Shown here: one piece after another, positions 28,293 through 39,007 of the stretch | Numbering within the stretch: position 1 is the first letter of the stretch | Layout: every line of letters starts with the position of its first letter | DNA from: a virus | Lineage: Duplodnaviria > Caudoviricetes | Strand: one strand, 5' to 3' | Length of the DNA stretch: 53,821 nucleotides | IMG/VR virus record: IMGVR_UViG_3300038713_000166 | Coordinates: 1 to 53,821 of that record | Notes under the pieces: model-generated | What the model was told of the DNA's origin: nothing | The model's input: only the letters and a program-made list of their open reading frames with translations | Databases searched by the model: none | Program-made: the position numbers and the translations under genes

Positions 28293-30247
28293 GTTTAATG
28301 AATCGTAAAATGTTTAATCGCAACGCTCGTAACAAATTGAATGCTATGGGTGGTATACGAACATTGGCAAATGGTGGTTTAACCATGGGCACAAATCCAA
28401 GGACAAAATTTAATCCGAATCTTGTTAATCAACTTGTTACTCCATCTTTATCTTTTGGACAAATATCTGATCAATATATGAAAGGTATAAGAGGACAAGG
28501 ACCTTTAGCCAATAAATTTTTAACACCTATTGGTCAACTTGATGTTGATGCAGCAGATACTAGATTAGGTAAATACGGAAGACAATTAGCAAACATAGGA
28601 CTTAGTGGATTAGAAAATCTTAGAACAGCTACAGGTATTGCCTCTGCTTTTACCGATCCATCAGGTAATATTATAGGAGATTTTTTAAAACAACCAACTG
28701 AAAGTGCAAGAAAAAGAAGAGCACAAGAAGCTCTTGATGTCGGCATAATGACCACGAGTCCCGAGATTCAAAAAAATATAGAACAAATTAATATTTTAGA
28801 AGATCAAGAAAGAATGCAACAAGGTCAGCTTAGTCCTACTATACTAGAGCAACAGAAAAAAAATGCTGAAGCTTCTGAAATTGCTGAAGAAGAAAACCTA
28901 ATTGCGGGTGAAGATCCAGATAAGAAAAAAATAATTAAACCAGATCCAATAAAGCCAACAATAACTGAAGAACAACAAAAAATATTAGATGATCAAAAAA
29001 GAAGACAAGAGGGTCAGCTTGGTACAATTAGTATAAAAAACGAAGAAGAAGTTAAAAGGATAGTTAAAGAAGGAACGCCAGAGGAACAACAAGCGGAACT
29101 CAAACAATTAATGCAAGAGTTTACACAGAATGCACCAAAGTATGAAGGCATGGATAAAAATCTTGCTTTAGCAAAAATGTTTTTTTCTATCGCAGCTGGT
29201 GACAGTCCAGATGCAGTAACTAATATTGCTAAAGGATTAGAACAAGGTGCGGATGCTTTTATTAAAGATAAAGCGCAAAAAGATGAGTTTAATAGACAAG
29301 TGCAACTATCAGCACTTAAATATGGTCTTGGAGAAATAGGAAAGAATAAAGCTTTTGAAAGACAAAAAGCGTTGACAACATTTAATAAACAATTTGATTT
29401 TGAAAAATATATTGTAGGACCAGAAGGTTTTACTGACGAGAGGGGTAATACATATGCAGAAGGTGACGAAGTAACTGTAAGTAAAGCCTTTTTAGCTGAA
29501 AATGGCACTCCTCCTGGTTTAACTAGCACATCATTTGCAAAAGCATTACTAGAAAAGCAAGCAGCTAACACTAAAGCAATTCGAAAAGCTAGAGAGAATA
29601 TGACAGTTAAAGATCTTGCAAAGACAGATAAATATATTGAAAATTATAGCAAAGCAACGACTGGGATGTTAGAGGCAAGTAATGGCATAAAGTTAACAAA
29701 AGGATTTATGTTAGATGTTGCAGGCGATAAGGTTACTGGATTCAAACCCGCTTTTCAAAGTTTATGGTCTAGAGCATCAGCAGTTTTAGGTAAAGACGCA
29801 CCAAAAAGCTATACTGATAGAGATGTTGCAGTTGCTGATATGAAAAAAGTATTTCAACAATTAATTCCACTAACATTAGGTAGAGATCAGTCTGCGAACT
29901 CAATATCTGACAGAGATGTATCGTTTTTAGCTGATGCATTTGTAACTGAACAAGTAATGCAAGGTGGTGTAGGTGCGTTAGTGGCTATGCCAAAAGAAAT
30001 ATTACTTGATAAAAGTAGAAAAATTATTGAAAGATTCCAAACTGCTCAAATAGAAAATGCATCAAAATTAAATGCTTATGATGCACAAGCGCAAGAGTTT
30101 ATTCTTCCAAGTGGTGCATCAATTGGAACTTTAGTTGAAAGCGAAAAGAAAAGATTAGGTAGAGATTTACCAACATTTAAACAAGGTAAAAAATATTCAC
30201 GTGGAGAAGATGGTGTAATCAAACTTGTCACAGTCAAGGATAATTAA
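28289..30247 (+). CDS. Probable internal virion / ejection protein
   Basis: 652 aa helical; N-terminal LMNRKMF...LANGG; position. Confidence 0.6.
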   Translation: MSLMNRKMFNRNARNKLNAMGGIRTLANGGLTMGTNPRTKFNPNLVNQLVTPSLSFGQISDQYMKGIRGQGPLANKFLTPIGQLDVDAADTRLGKYGRQLANIGLSGLENLRTATGIASAFTDPSGNIIGDFLKQPTESARKRRAQEALDVGIMTTSPEIQKNIEQINILEDQERMQQGQLSPTILEQQKKNAEASEIAEEENLIAGEDPDKKKIIKPDPIKPTITEEQQKILDDQKRRQEGQLGTISIKNEEEVKRIVKEGTPEEQQAELKQLMQEFTQNAPKYEGMDKNLALAKMFFSIAAGDSPDAVTNIAKGLEQGADAFIKDKAQKDEFNRQVQLSALKYGLGEIGKNKAFERQKALTTFNKQFDFEKYIVGPEGFTDERGNTYAEGDEVTVSKAFLAENGTPPGLTSTSFAKALLEKQAANTKAIRKARENMTVKDLAKTDKYIENYSKATTGMLEASNGIKLTKGFMLDVAGDKVTGFKPAFQSLWSRASAVLGKDAPKSYTDRDVAVADMKKVFQQLIPLTLGRDQSANSISDRDVSFLADAFVTEQVMQGGVGALVAMPKEILLDKSRKIIERFQTAQIENASKLNAYDAQAQEFILPSGASIGTLVESEKKRLGRDLPTFKQGKKYSRGEDGVIKLVTVKDN

Positions 30248-33200
30248 ATGCCAGTTTTTCAAATAGAAAACCCTTTTACAAAAAAAATAGAGCAAGTTGA
30301 ACTTGATACTGACAATCCTACTGATGAACAATTGGACGAGGTTATGTCTTTTTTTCAAGAGGAGTCTGGTTTTGACGATAAAGTTGCAGAAATAGATTTT
30401 GGTTCAGCGTCATTAGAAGAAATACAAGAATATAGAAAAAAACTTATTGCCTCTGGTATTGATCCAAAAACTGGTGAAAAAATTTCAGAAGAAGATTTTA
30501 TAGCTGAGTACAAAGAACCCGATGTTGATTATACTACTGGTCTAGATTCTGTTGGTGATTTCTCAAGATTTCAATTTGGTCGCATGGACACAGATGCAGA
30601 AAAAGCAGGATACCTACAAACTGTAGTAGGTGAAGATGGTTTTAGAACAGATGCATTAGGAAGATTTATTCTAACTAAGCAGGGTAGAAATAAACTTGGA
30701 CTTGGTGAGGGTAAAGAACTTGCTATTGATGAGGAAGGTTTCTCTTTTAGTGATGTAAAAGATTTTGCGGGTGCAACAGCACTTCCAATAGTAACTAGTA
30801 TTGGCACAAGTATAGCTGCCTCTGGTGTTGGATTTATACCAGGCATGTTACTTGTTGGTGGAGCAGCAGCTTTTGGTAAAGCTTTAGATGAAGGAATAGA
30901 ATACGCAGAAGGATTACAAAAACAAAGCTTTACTGAAGTTGCTAGAGATTCTGCAATGGAGGGTGTGTTTGGTTTAGTTGGTGAAGGTTTAGGTCGTGGT
31001 ATAAGTAAAATATTTGGTAGATTAATTAAAGGTCCTGGTGGCGAAGCGAACGAGGCTTTAAGAAAACAAGCAAGAGAGTTAATTGACAAAAATTATAGAC
31101 CAACAGTTGCAGGAGCTACTAGTGATTCTTTTCGACCAATTCTAAATAGATTGCAAGCAGTGTATGAAGGAATCTTTCCTAACGAGAAAGCTGCTTTAGA
31201 CAATCTTAATATTGTCATGGATGATTTAAGTAAATTAGGTGTTGGTCAAAGAACTCAAGTAGATAAATTAAACCAAGTTGTCAGACAAGATATTAAAAAC
31301 TTTTATGAAGAGGGATCTAGAGCACTTGAGACTGCACAAAAAAAATTTAACACAGAGATAACAAAAAACATTGATGATGTAATTAAAAATTTAAGAAGTG
31401 ACAAAGAGATACCCGCTAGTTTAGATCAGATGATAAAAGCTAGTAAAAAAGTTTTTGATGAAGATATGGATAGGTTATATGGTGAAGTTAATAAAAATTT
31501 AGCAGATGCAAGAATAATTGATACCCGTGGGATAAAATCTGCTTTACAAGAATTAGCTAGAGATCCCGCTGCTGATCCAATGGCTTCTAAATTAGCAAGA
31601 TCGATTACTGCTTTAAGAGATTTATCGGATGTGCAAACAATATCAAGAATCAGAACTGCACTACTTGATGCTTCTAGAAATTCAGAATTAATTGGTGGCG
31701 CAAGTAAAACTGCATTACAAGGTCTTAAAGATTCAGTTGAAGATGCAATGAAATCTGCCTTGAGTAAACTAGTGGTGCTTAATCAAAAGACACAAACAGT
31801 CCCAGGATTTAAACTCCAACCAAAAGCAGATGTTGATGCAGTTGAAGCTTTAGGTTTACTTAGAAGAGTCAATAACTTGTATGCTGAGGGTATGAAAAGA
31901 TTTGATAATATTGTTGTTGAAGATATTTTAAAACAAGCAAAAAATGGAAGAATTAACACTACTTTTGTTTTAGACAATATAATTACTCCTGATAATCCAG
32001 AAGGATTAACACAACTTCTTAAAGCTATACGAGGCATGCCAAGTGAAAAAGTTTTAGGAGCAAGAACTGGCATATTAGATTTAAATGAAGGTAGACGTGC
32101 AATACAACGAAGACAGATTTCTGGCCGTTCAATACCAGACGTTCAAAGAAGAATAGCTAATGTTGATCCAAGAGCTAGTAGTAGAAAAGCTTTAGAGACA
32201 GAGATTAGAAGAATAGAGGCTGAACAAGCAGAATTAAATACCATTAGAGGCTCTGGTGCAGAGATGGCTGATCAAGTAAGACAGTCTTTAGCCAAACAGT
32301 ATCTTGAGCGTATTGCTGAAAAGTCTCTGATTGTAAACAAAGAAACTGGTCAACGTGTAATAGATCCAGTTAAATTTAGTTCATCGATTGATGAACAAGG
32401 AACAACTATTAAAAAACTTTTTGAAAAAGAATTAAAAGACTTGAACGAAGTTCTTTTTGTTATGAGAAGAGGGGGAGCAGATTTTGCTCCAGAAACATTA
32501 GCTGCTTTGAAACAACAACCATTAGGTCGTGGCTTACTTAGAATGAGACAAATACAAGAAGCCGCAAAGGCACGTAGAGCAGATGATGTATTACGAACTC
32601 TTGAGAGAACAAGTAATCCAGATGTTATAGCTGACAAAATATTTAGAGACGTATCTTCTATTAGACGTGCGAAAAGAATACTAAAAGGTAAAGTACAAAC
32701 CATAGGTGGTCGACAAGTTAGCACTTTTGAAGCAGTACAAGATGCTGCAATGGGTAAAATACTTAAACAAATAGGTGCGACAGTTGATGATCAAGGTGTG
32801 GTTAAAATGACCGATGACTTTGTAGATGCATTTAGAACTGGACGATTAGGTCCTAAATTACAAAAGGTAATTAGAGATAATTATGGAAGAGAGACCATTG
32901 ACGAGATGTTAGGCAAAGGCACGTATGATGGACTTGATGCCTTAGCAGAACAAATGATTAAAGTATCTAATGCAAGCATTACTGGTAAAGGTGGACTTGC
33001 TGCACCACAAATCGCTTTAGCTTTATCATCTGTTGCGTTTATCATGAATCCTCTTGCGACTGCTACAACTGCTGCAGGTTATGCTATTATGTCAAAAGCA
33101 CTACGTAATCCGACAGTTCTTAAAATGATGATGGCAAGTCGAAAACCTAATACTGTAAAACAATTTTTAGAGGGTAAGTTTAAATCTAACGATCCTATAG

Positions 33201-33469
33201 CTCAAGGTTTTCAAACCATGTTGGCGTTAACTTCTGCAGCAACAGTTAGATCAACACAGATGAGTGTACAGCAAACAGAAGAAGAGGCTAGACCTTTGTT
33301 AAATTTACAAAGGCAAAAACTTGAGCCACAAGTTAACAGAGCATTAACTAACGTACAAAATATTAATATACCGAATATTAACCCACCCGCTAGTGTGGGA
33401 TCTACAGGTGGTGTCAATCCAATATTGGTACCGAACCCCGTAACTAGAGCAACAGTAGGAAGTCAATGA
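30248..33469 (+). CDS. Large internal virion / ejection protein
   Basis: 1073 aa helical with Gly/Ala hydrophobic segments; last structural gene. Confidence 0.6.
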   Translation: MPVFQIENPFTKKIEQVELDTDNPTDEQLDEVMSFFQEESGFDDKVAEIDFGSASLEEIQEYRKKLIASGIDPKTGEKISEEDFIAEYKEPDVDYTTGLDSVGDFSRFQFGRMDTDAEKAGYLQTVVGEDGFRTDALGRFILTKQGRNKLGLGEGKELAIDEEGFSFSDVKDFAGATALPIVTSIGTSIAASGVGFIPGMLLVGGAAAFGKALDEGIEYAEGLQKQSFTEVARDSAMEGVFGLVGEGLGRGISKIFGRLIKGPGGEANEALRKQARELIDKNYRPTVAGATSDSFRPILNRLQAVYEGIFPNEKAALDNLNIVMDDLSKLGVGQRTQVDKLNQVVRQDIKNFYEEGSRALETAQKKFNTEITKNIDDVIKNLRSDKEIPASLDQMIKASKKVFDEDMDRLYGEVNKNLADARIIDTRGIKSALQELARDPAADPMASKLARSITALRDLSDVQTISRIRTALLDASRNSELIGGASKTALQGLKDSVEDAMKSALSKLVVLNQKTQTVPGFKLQPKADVDAVEALGLLRRVNNLYAEGMKRFDNIVVEDILKQAKNGRINTTFVLDNIITPDNPEGLTQLLKAIRGMPSEKVLGARTGILDLNEGRRAIQRRQISGRSIPDVQRRIANVDPRASSRKALETEIRRIEAEQAELNTIRGSGAEMADQVRQSLAKQYLERIAEKSLIVNKETGQRVIDPVKFSSSIDEQGTTIKKLFEKELKDLNEVLFVMRRGGADFAPETLAALKQQPLGRGLLRMRQIQEAAKARRADDVLRTLERTSNPDVIADKIFRDVSSIRRAKRILKGKVQTIGGRQVSTFEAVQDAAMGKILKQIGATVDDQGVVKMTDDFVDAFRTGRLGPKLQKVIRDNYGRETIDEMLGKGTYDGLDALAEQMIKVSNASITGKGGLAAPQIALALSSVAFIMNPLATATTAAGYAIMSKALRNPTVLKMMMASRKPNTVKQFLEGKFKSNDPIAQGFQTMLALTSAATVRSTQMSVQQTEEEARPLLNLQRQKLEPQVNRALTNVQNINIPNINPPASVGSTGGVNPILVPNPVTRATVGSQ

Positions 33470-33912
33470 ACATAGAACAACTTAGAGAAGAACTAAAAAG
33501 AGATGAGGGATGTGTTAACGCCATATATCTTGATCATTTAAATTTACCCACGATTGGTATAGGACATCTTGTCACTGAGTGGGATGAAGAACATGGTAAG
33601 CCAGTTGGCACACCAGTATCAGAAGAACGTGTTAATGAATTGTTTGATAAGGATATACAAGTGACGTTAGACGAGTGTACAGTCCTTTATGATAATTTTT
33701 ATACTTTACCAGAAGAAGCACAATTAATTATAGCCAATATGATGTTTAATCTTGGACGGCCTCGTTTATCTAAATTTGTGCGTATGCGTGAGAATGTGAA
33801 CAAAGGCGATTGGAAAGCCGCTGCATCTGAGATGAAAAATTCCAAATGGTATAATCAAGTAACTAAACGAGCACAGAGATTAGTTGATCGTATGGAAAAC
33901 ATATCTACCTAA
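33466..33912 (+). CDS. Lysozyme / endolysin (GH24, T4-like)
   Basis: DEG...YLDHL..PTIGIGH catalytic E-D-T pattern; MMFNLG; SKWYNQV..RA. Confidence 0.9.
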   Translation: MNIEQLREELKRDEGCVNAIYLDHLNLPTIGIGHLVTEWDEEHGKPVGTPVSEERVNELFDKDIQVTLDECTVLYDNFYTLPEEAQLIIANMMFNLGRPRLSKFVRMRENVNKGDWKAAASEMKNSKWYNQVTKRAQRLVDRMENIST

Positions 33913-35798
33913 CCAACCTCGCCCCAATCATCACCTAATTCTTGGTCAACCTTACTTGGAACATTTAATTCAAGACCTTGTTCCATGATCTCTGTAATTT
34001 TATCTGCTTGTTCTTGTGAACTTATACTAAAGCAAAGTTCGTCATGCACTGTGAGCAAAGGCACTAAACCTTCGTTGTAACAATCAACCATGGCTTTCTT
34101 TGTTTGATCTGCTGCACTGCCTTGTATCAATCTATTTAATGCCTTATATGTGAAGGCTCGTCTTATACCTGGGCCATATTTCTTTTCAGCTTCTTCAAAC
34201 TTCAAGGGTTGATTATAACCAAATGTCTTTGGCTCCCACATATCAAACCTACATGATCTGCCCAATACAGTTCGTACCCTACCCATCTTTTGTGCACGTG
34301 ACATCACTTGGTCTGCAAGTTGTTTAACAAACGGAACTTTACGATGATAGGTGTCTAATAATTCATTAGCCTCTTCTAGTTTAATATCTAAAGTGTTGGC
34401 AAGTTTTTGTTTGCCCATACCATACATGATACCAAGATTAACTGTCTTAGCCTCTTTTCTAGATATGTTTGCCATATCTGCAACCATCTGATGAAAGTCA
34501 ATATCATCTTGTTGATACTGTTCAATGATATTATCCACAGTAGGATTACCTTTGTTTACGACTCCACAATAGTGAACCAATAACCTTGGCTCTTGGCTAC
34601 TATAATCAAAGCTACCCCACTTCTCGCCTTCCTCGGGTATAAACAGACCTCGAATCATTTTTTTAATCTCTGGATCTCTTGATGGTATTTGCTGAAGATT
34701 AGGGTTAGAAGAACTGAATCTACCCGTAACTGTACCACCATCATCGTTACGAAGTTGATGCAACTCACAATGTATTCGACCTTTGTAGCTATGTTTTAAT
34801 ATACTATCGATAAATGTATTGTGCGCCTTGTCTAATTCACGAAGTCTTAATACCTTAGCTGCTATAGGGTGTGGACAGTTTTGTAACCAAGCTTTTGTAA
34901 AGGATGCTTGTTTACTTACACCCGTTTCATCGTAATGAATATTATGATAATCAAATACTTTAGCTACACTTGTTGCTACCCATGGTTCTACATCTATGTT
35001 GGTATCATCTTTTATTTCTTTAAGTATTTGTTTCTTCATCGTGAGTAATTTAGTTTTAGTTTGTTCTGCCTTATCTAAATCTACTCTTACACCCTTACTT
35101 CTCATCTCAAACACACAAGGTATTAGACTTGTTTCTAATTTAAATATACTTGATAGCTCTTCTTTATTTATCAGTGGTTCAAAGTGATTCCATAATCTAA
35201 GAGTCAAAGCTGCATCTTGCTCTGCATAGGTCCCTACAAATTGTGAAGGCAGTTTCCATAATTCTTTCTTTGGATCTAATCCAAAGTCCTTAGCTGCTGA
35301 CTTTAGTACCTTTTCATCCTTGCGCTCGCCAAGGTAATCACGACCCAAGGCATTAAGTGCAAAACTAAATCTGTTTTCATTAATAAGTGGAGCAGCAATC
35401 ATCGTATCAATAATCTTGCCCTTTACATCTACGTTTGCCCACTTCAGCCACCCTGCATCATACATCGCATTGTGCATAATCTTGGGTATGTGTGGTGTAT
35501 CCATTTGTTTTTTTAGCCAAGTAAAGACTTTTTTTTCTGGTATATTACCACCACCTTGGTGCCGAAAGGGATAATATCCCACAAAATCCCCCGCTGCAAC
35601 AGCTATTCCCACGATAAACCCATCATTACGTGTCCATCCTGGACCAAGTTCCATTAAGTTTGGATCACATGTTTCTAAATCGATGGCTATGTATTTAGAA
35701 TTAGTAAGGTCTGGAAAAGATTGAGGCACTGTCCATTCTTTTTCTAACGTATTCATCTCCATACGTTCTAAGAAACTTATTGTGTTTTTATCTTTCAT
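33909..35798 (-). CDS. polA: DNA polymerase family A with 3'-5' exonuclease
   Basis: DLET (ExoI), HNAMYD, TGRFSS..PNLQQIP, DYSSQEPR, AKTVNLGIMYG, VHDEL. Confidence 0.95.
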   Translation of the reverse strand: MKDKNTISFLERMEMNTLEKEWTVPQSFPDLTNSKYIAIDLETCDPNLMELGPGWTRNDGFIVGIAVAAGDFVGYYPFRHQGGGNIPEKKVFTWLKKQMDTPHIPKIMHNAMYDAGWLKWANVDVKGKIIDTMIAAPLINENRFSFALNALGRDYLGERKDEKVLKSAAKDFGLDPKKELWKLPSQFVGTYAEQDAALTLRLWNHFEPLINKEELSSIFKLETSLIPCVFEMRSKGVRVDLDKAEQTKTKLLTMKKQILKEIKDDTNIDVEPWVATSVAKVFDYHNIHYDETGVSKQASFTKAWLQNCPHPIAAKVLRLRELDKAHNTFIDSILKHSYKGRIHCELHQLRNDDGGTVTGRFSSSNPNLQQIPSRDPEIKKMIRGLFIPEEGEKWGSFDYSSQEPRLLVHYCGVVNKGNPTVDNIIEQYQQDDIDFHQMVADMANISRKEAKTVNLGIMYGMGKQKLANTLDIKLEEANELLDTYHRKVPFVKQLADQVMSRAQKMGRVRTVLGRSCRFDMWEPKTFGYNQPLKFEEAEKKYGPGIRRAFTYKALNRLIQGSAADQTKKAMVDCYNEGLVPLLTVHDELCFSISSQEQADKITEIMEQGLELNVPSKVDQELGDDWGEVG

Positions 35799-36631
35799 TA
35801 CATACCACACATACCATCACACTCATCTAAGAATGATAGTTGCCCTTTCTCTTCAATTGTTTGTAAGTCAGCTTGATCTAATGGCTTTAAGGATCTGTGC
35901 ACAAATTGCTCACGTCCTTTATCTGTGCCAGTAGTTCTTATCTTTTTATTCACGGCCACCGCATCTTTCCAACCTTTAGGATCGTTGTCTCTTAAGTGTC
36001 TCCATTCATTATTGTTTTTGTATGGACAAAATGTACAAGCAGATCGTGGTAGATATTTTTCTGGATAATGTTTAGCAAACCAATTCTGACAATCATATCG
36101 TTTCATTCCTAGTTCTAACAGTGGCCATCGATTATATAACCATTTGTCTCTAGATTCTTTTACACGTTGTAGCTCGTCTTGACTTATACCTATCCATTGT
36201 TCAAGTATAACTCCTGGTTTAACTTTGTGATTCTTCTTTACACCAAGTAATTCTCTAAACTTTTTCTGTATCGGTTCTATCTTAAACTGTGTTGTACATT
36301 GTCTACGACCAAAACCATCTTTGACATGAAAAGGAACTACACAATAATCTCTGTTTGTGCCTCTAATATTTATACCTTCAGTTATACTTTTACGTAAGTC
36401 TCCTGCAGTTGTTTGGTGTATTGGGTAAGATAGTTGTGTAGATAGCCACTCAAGATGTGTGTAAACCTCATCGGGTTCTGCTTGTGTATCAGCAAATACT
36501 GCACAGTCTGGCTTAGGTGTTATCTCTCCTCGTTCTGCCATCAATGCCATGACAGAAGATTGCACACCTGCTCCTAAGCTTATGACCCTCATTGTTGGAT
36601 TAGGGTGTGGTTTGAAATAACTATTTATCAT
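35798..36631 (-). CDS. PAPS-reductase-family (PP-loop, Cys-rich) protein
   Basis: SLGAGVQS, FADT, RQCT, SACTFCP, ECDGMCG; ORF is open to 36664. Confidence 0.7.
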   Translation of the reverse strand: MINSYFKPHPNPTMRVISLGAGVQSSVMALMAERGEITPKPDCAVFADTQAEPDEVYTHLEWLSTQLSYPIHQTTAGDLRKSITEGINIRGTNRDYCVVPFHVKDGFGRRQCTTQFKIEPIQKKFRELLGVKKNHKVKPGVILEQWIGISQDELQRVKESRDKWLYNRWPLLELGMKRYDCQNWFAKHYPEKYLPRSACTFCPYKNNNEWRHLRDNDPKGWKDAVAVNKKIRTTGTDKGREQFVHRSLKPLDQADLQTIEEKGQLSFLDECDGMCGM

Positions 36632-36887
36632 CTTTCTCTTCTGCTCCAAGTGCGCCATATCCACAGATATCGACCCACGAATCTGTATGATGAGGTGTTT
36701 TCACTAAACGTGAAATCTTCAATGCCAATAAACAAAGATACACCATTCTTACAGAAACTTTAATACCTAATATTGCTGACCACATAGTAGCAACTCTTTC
36801 ATGATTTTCATAGGCATCCCCATAATCCCTTGCTCTATCGCCCGTGATAAGTTGCCCTGCTTTAGCTAGTACGTTTTCTCTCTTCAT
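36621..36887 (-). CDS. DUF6378-like protein
   Basis: GDRARDYG...LKISR...DSWVDICGY. Confidence 0.8.
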   Translation of the reverse strand: MKRENVLAKAGQLITGDRARDYGDAYENHERVATMWSAILGIKVSVRMVYLCLLALKISRLVKTPHHTDSWVDICGYGALGAEEKDDK

Positions 36888-37258
36888 TTTTGTTCCTCAT
36901 CTTTCACGGGGATTACTTTCATTTTGCTAGATTCAAAGTCAAATGTGTACTTTACACAAGGAATGTCTTCATCTGGTTCAATTTCACCTTCATAAACTTC
37001 ATCTGTTTCTATAAGATGAATAACTTTTTCTATCATCCTAGCCATCTCTTGATATTTAATTAATTTATCTAAAAGTTCATTATTAAGAGAATTTCTTTTG
37101 ACTCTTAATTGATTTTCTACAAGAGCCACCTGCGCTAAACGTTGTCTCAAAACCTTAACAGCAACAGCTTCATGATCAGGATTTATGTCTTGAAACAAAA
37201 GATAGTTCAAACGAGGGTCTTCTCTTATGGCTTTATTTATTTGATCTTCAATGCTCAT
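36884..37258 (-). CDS. Hypothetical protein
   Basis: ATGA coupling on both sides. Confidence 0.65.
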   Translation of the reverse strand: MSIEDQINKAIREDPRLNYLLFQDINPDHEAVAVKVLRQRLAQVALVENQLRVKRNSLNNELLDKLIKYQEMARMIEKVIHLIETDEVYEGEIEPDEDIPCVKYTFDFESSKMKVIPVKDEEQK

Positions 37259-38772
37259 ATTCTATACCTATACTTTCCAAATGAATCTACTATGTGTAAG
37301 TTATGCTTTGCTCTAGTAACCCCCGTATAAAACACACGATGTTCATCATCTTGATTAGGTGCATTGACTGCAGGATAGCATGACTCAGATAATAATATTA
37401 CATTGTCATCCTCTCCGCCTTTCATCTGATGTATTGTCGATAGTTTAATACGAGGCTTATTTAGATCCTCTCCCCTTCGTAATATGGCTGCCCTATATGT
37501 CTGATCATCCTCTGACATGTTTATAACATCTTCAGATCTCATAGACTTAGGCGCAACCAATCCATGATTAGCCACAAGTTCGTTATATGTTAAACTGCTT
37601 TGTGGATCTAAATAATCTAATGTTTTAGCTGATCCTCTTTTGACCACTTGATTCTTGCCTTGCTTTGGTACAAACCCATAGAACTGCTTGATCATATCTA
37701 AAGCTATAGGTTTATCCTCACGTAAATTTTCCCACAGTTTAATGAACTGTGTGTACTGATTATCAAATGACACTTGACCAAATCGCTCATATAAATATCC
37801 ATTGTCACGTAAATTTGTTTCTATCTTACTAACAATCTTGTTAGTTCTGGCCATAATAGTCCATGACCCTTCGTCTATATCTACATCATACCAATTCATA
37901 TGGTAGTCCACTAATCCTTCACGTGTTGTTGGATTCCATTCTTTTTTCTGTCTTACATCAATTCTTTTTACAATTTTATCTGCAATGCTATGCACAGACA
38001 TTGGAACTCTATAGCTCTGATCCAAGATCCTTATGTTAGAACATGAGTTCATAAAATTTTTCACATCAACACCATTCCATGCATGTATAGCTTGATCATC
38101 ATCTCCTGCATACCACACACGTTTGGCTGATTGTTTAAGTACATCAATCATTGACCATTGGAGCTTTGTTAAATCTTGCGCCTCATCAACTATCAACACA
38201 TCAATCGATGGCGCAGTTCCTTGATACACAAAGTCTTGTATCATGTCTGTAAAGTCTCGCTTGTCATATTCTTTTTTGTATTCTTTGTATACCTTGTTTA
38301 CTTTTTTCAAAAAAGAATAGCTAAGTTGATAATCGCCATTGTCATTGTACTCATCATCCAAGGACACTTCTCTCATGGCTGCTCTACCAATAAGTTCAAG
38401 ATATTGATTACCTTTATTAAAAGATTGCAGAAGCACACCATCACTATTAGATCTTGCAGTATTACCATCAAATATAACTCCAAGTTCCTCGCCCAACTTA
38501 GTAAAGTCTGCACGAGTTAACATGTTAGAATCATTAAGACCTAGCCAATGATAGCCAGTTGAATGTAGAGTCTTGAACCACGGAACATCTTTGAGTGATA
38601 GTTTAGTTTGTTCAGATATACGATCTTTGGCCTCTTCTATAGATTTTTTAGAAAAGGACACAAATGCAATCTTATCTGGCGGTGTGCCTCTGCCTAACTC
38701 TTCTTTAACTATATCAATCAAAGTATATGTCTTACCACATCCTGGTGGTCCGAATATCAGTTCTTCATCCAT
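37255..38772 (-). CDS. UvrD/SF1 helicase
   Basis: GPPGCGKT, DEAQD, GDDDQAI, STIHQMKGGE, YTGVTRAK. Confidence 0.9.
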   Translation of the reverse strand: MDEELIFGPPGCGKTYTLIDIVKEELGRGTPPDKIAFVSFSKKSIEEAKDRISEQTKLSLKDVPWFKTLHSTGYHWLGLNDSNMLTRADFTKLGEELGVIFDGNTARSNSDGVLLQSFNKGNQYLELIGRAAMREVSLDDEYNDNGDYQLSYSFLKKVNKVYKEYKKEYDKRDFTDMIQDFVYQGTAPSIDVLIVDEAQDLTKLQWSMIDVLKQSAKRVWYAGDDDQAIHAWNGVDVKNFMNSCSNIRILDQSYRVPMSVHSIADKIVKRIDVRQKKEWNPTTREGLVDYHMNWYDVDIDEGSWTIMARTNKIVSKIETNLRDNGYLYERFGQVSFDNQYTQFIKLWENLREDKPIALDMIKQFYGFVPKQGKNQVVKRGSAKTLDYLDPQSSLTYNELVANHGLVAPKSMRSEDVINMSEDDQTYRAAILRRGEDLNKPRIKLSTIHQMKGGEDDNVILLSESCYPAVNAPNQDDEHRVFYTGVTRAKHNLHIVDSFGKYRYRI

Positions 38773-39007
38773 TAGACTTTTCTCTTGGTCTTTTCTCCAA
38801 CCACTCTTGAACTTCACTTTCTATCCATCTAGATGTTCCGTTCTTTTCGGGTAGACCAAGCATCACGGGTTTAGGGAACATACCCTTTTGTACCCAAAGA
38901 TATAATGTTGACTTAGATATCTTAAGCCAAGAACACACCTCTGGTCCCGTTAGGAATGTAGTACTCCTATCCATTTGTTTTTCATTAGAATGGGATTTCG
39001 TCATCAT
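38765..39007 (-). CDS. AlpA/excisionase-like HTH regulator
   Basis: EVCSWLKISKSTLYLWVQKGMFPKP...RWIESEV. Confidence 0.85.
   Translation of the reverse strand: MMTKSHSNEKQMDRSTTFLTGPEVCSWLKISKSTLYLWVQKGMFPKPVMLGLPEKNGTSRWIESEVQEWLEKRPREKSNG

Noticed and set aside
696-33417. Numerous short minus-strand ORFs in the late region
   Set aside because: Antisense shadows of well-supported, tightly coupled plus-strand genes.
38765-39007. Integration/excision module
   Set aside because: An AlpA-like HTH is present, but no tyrosine or serine recombinase or att-like tRNA fragment was recognised.
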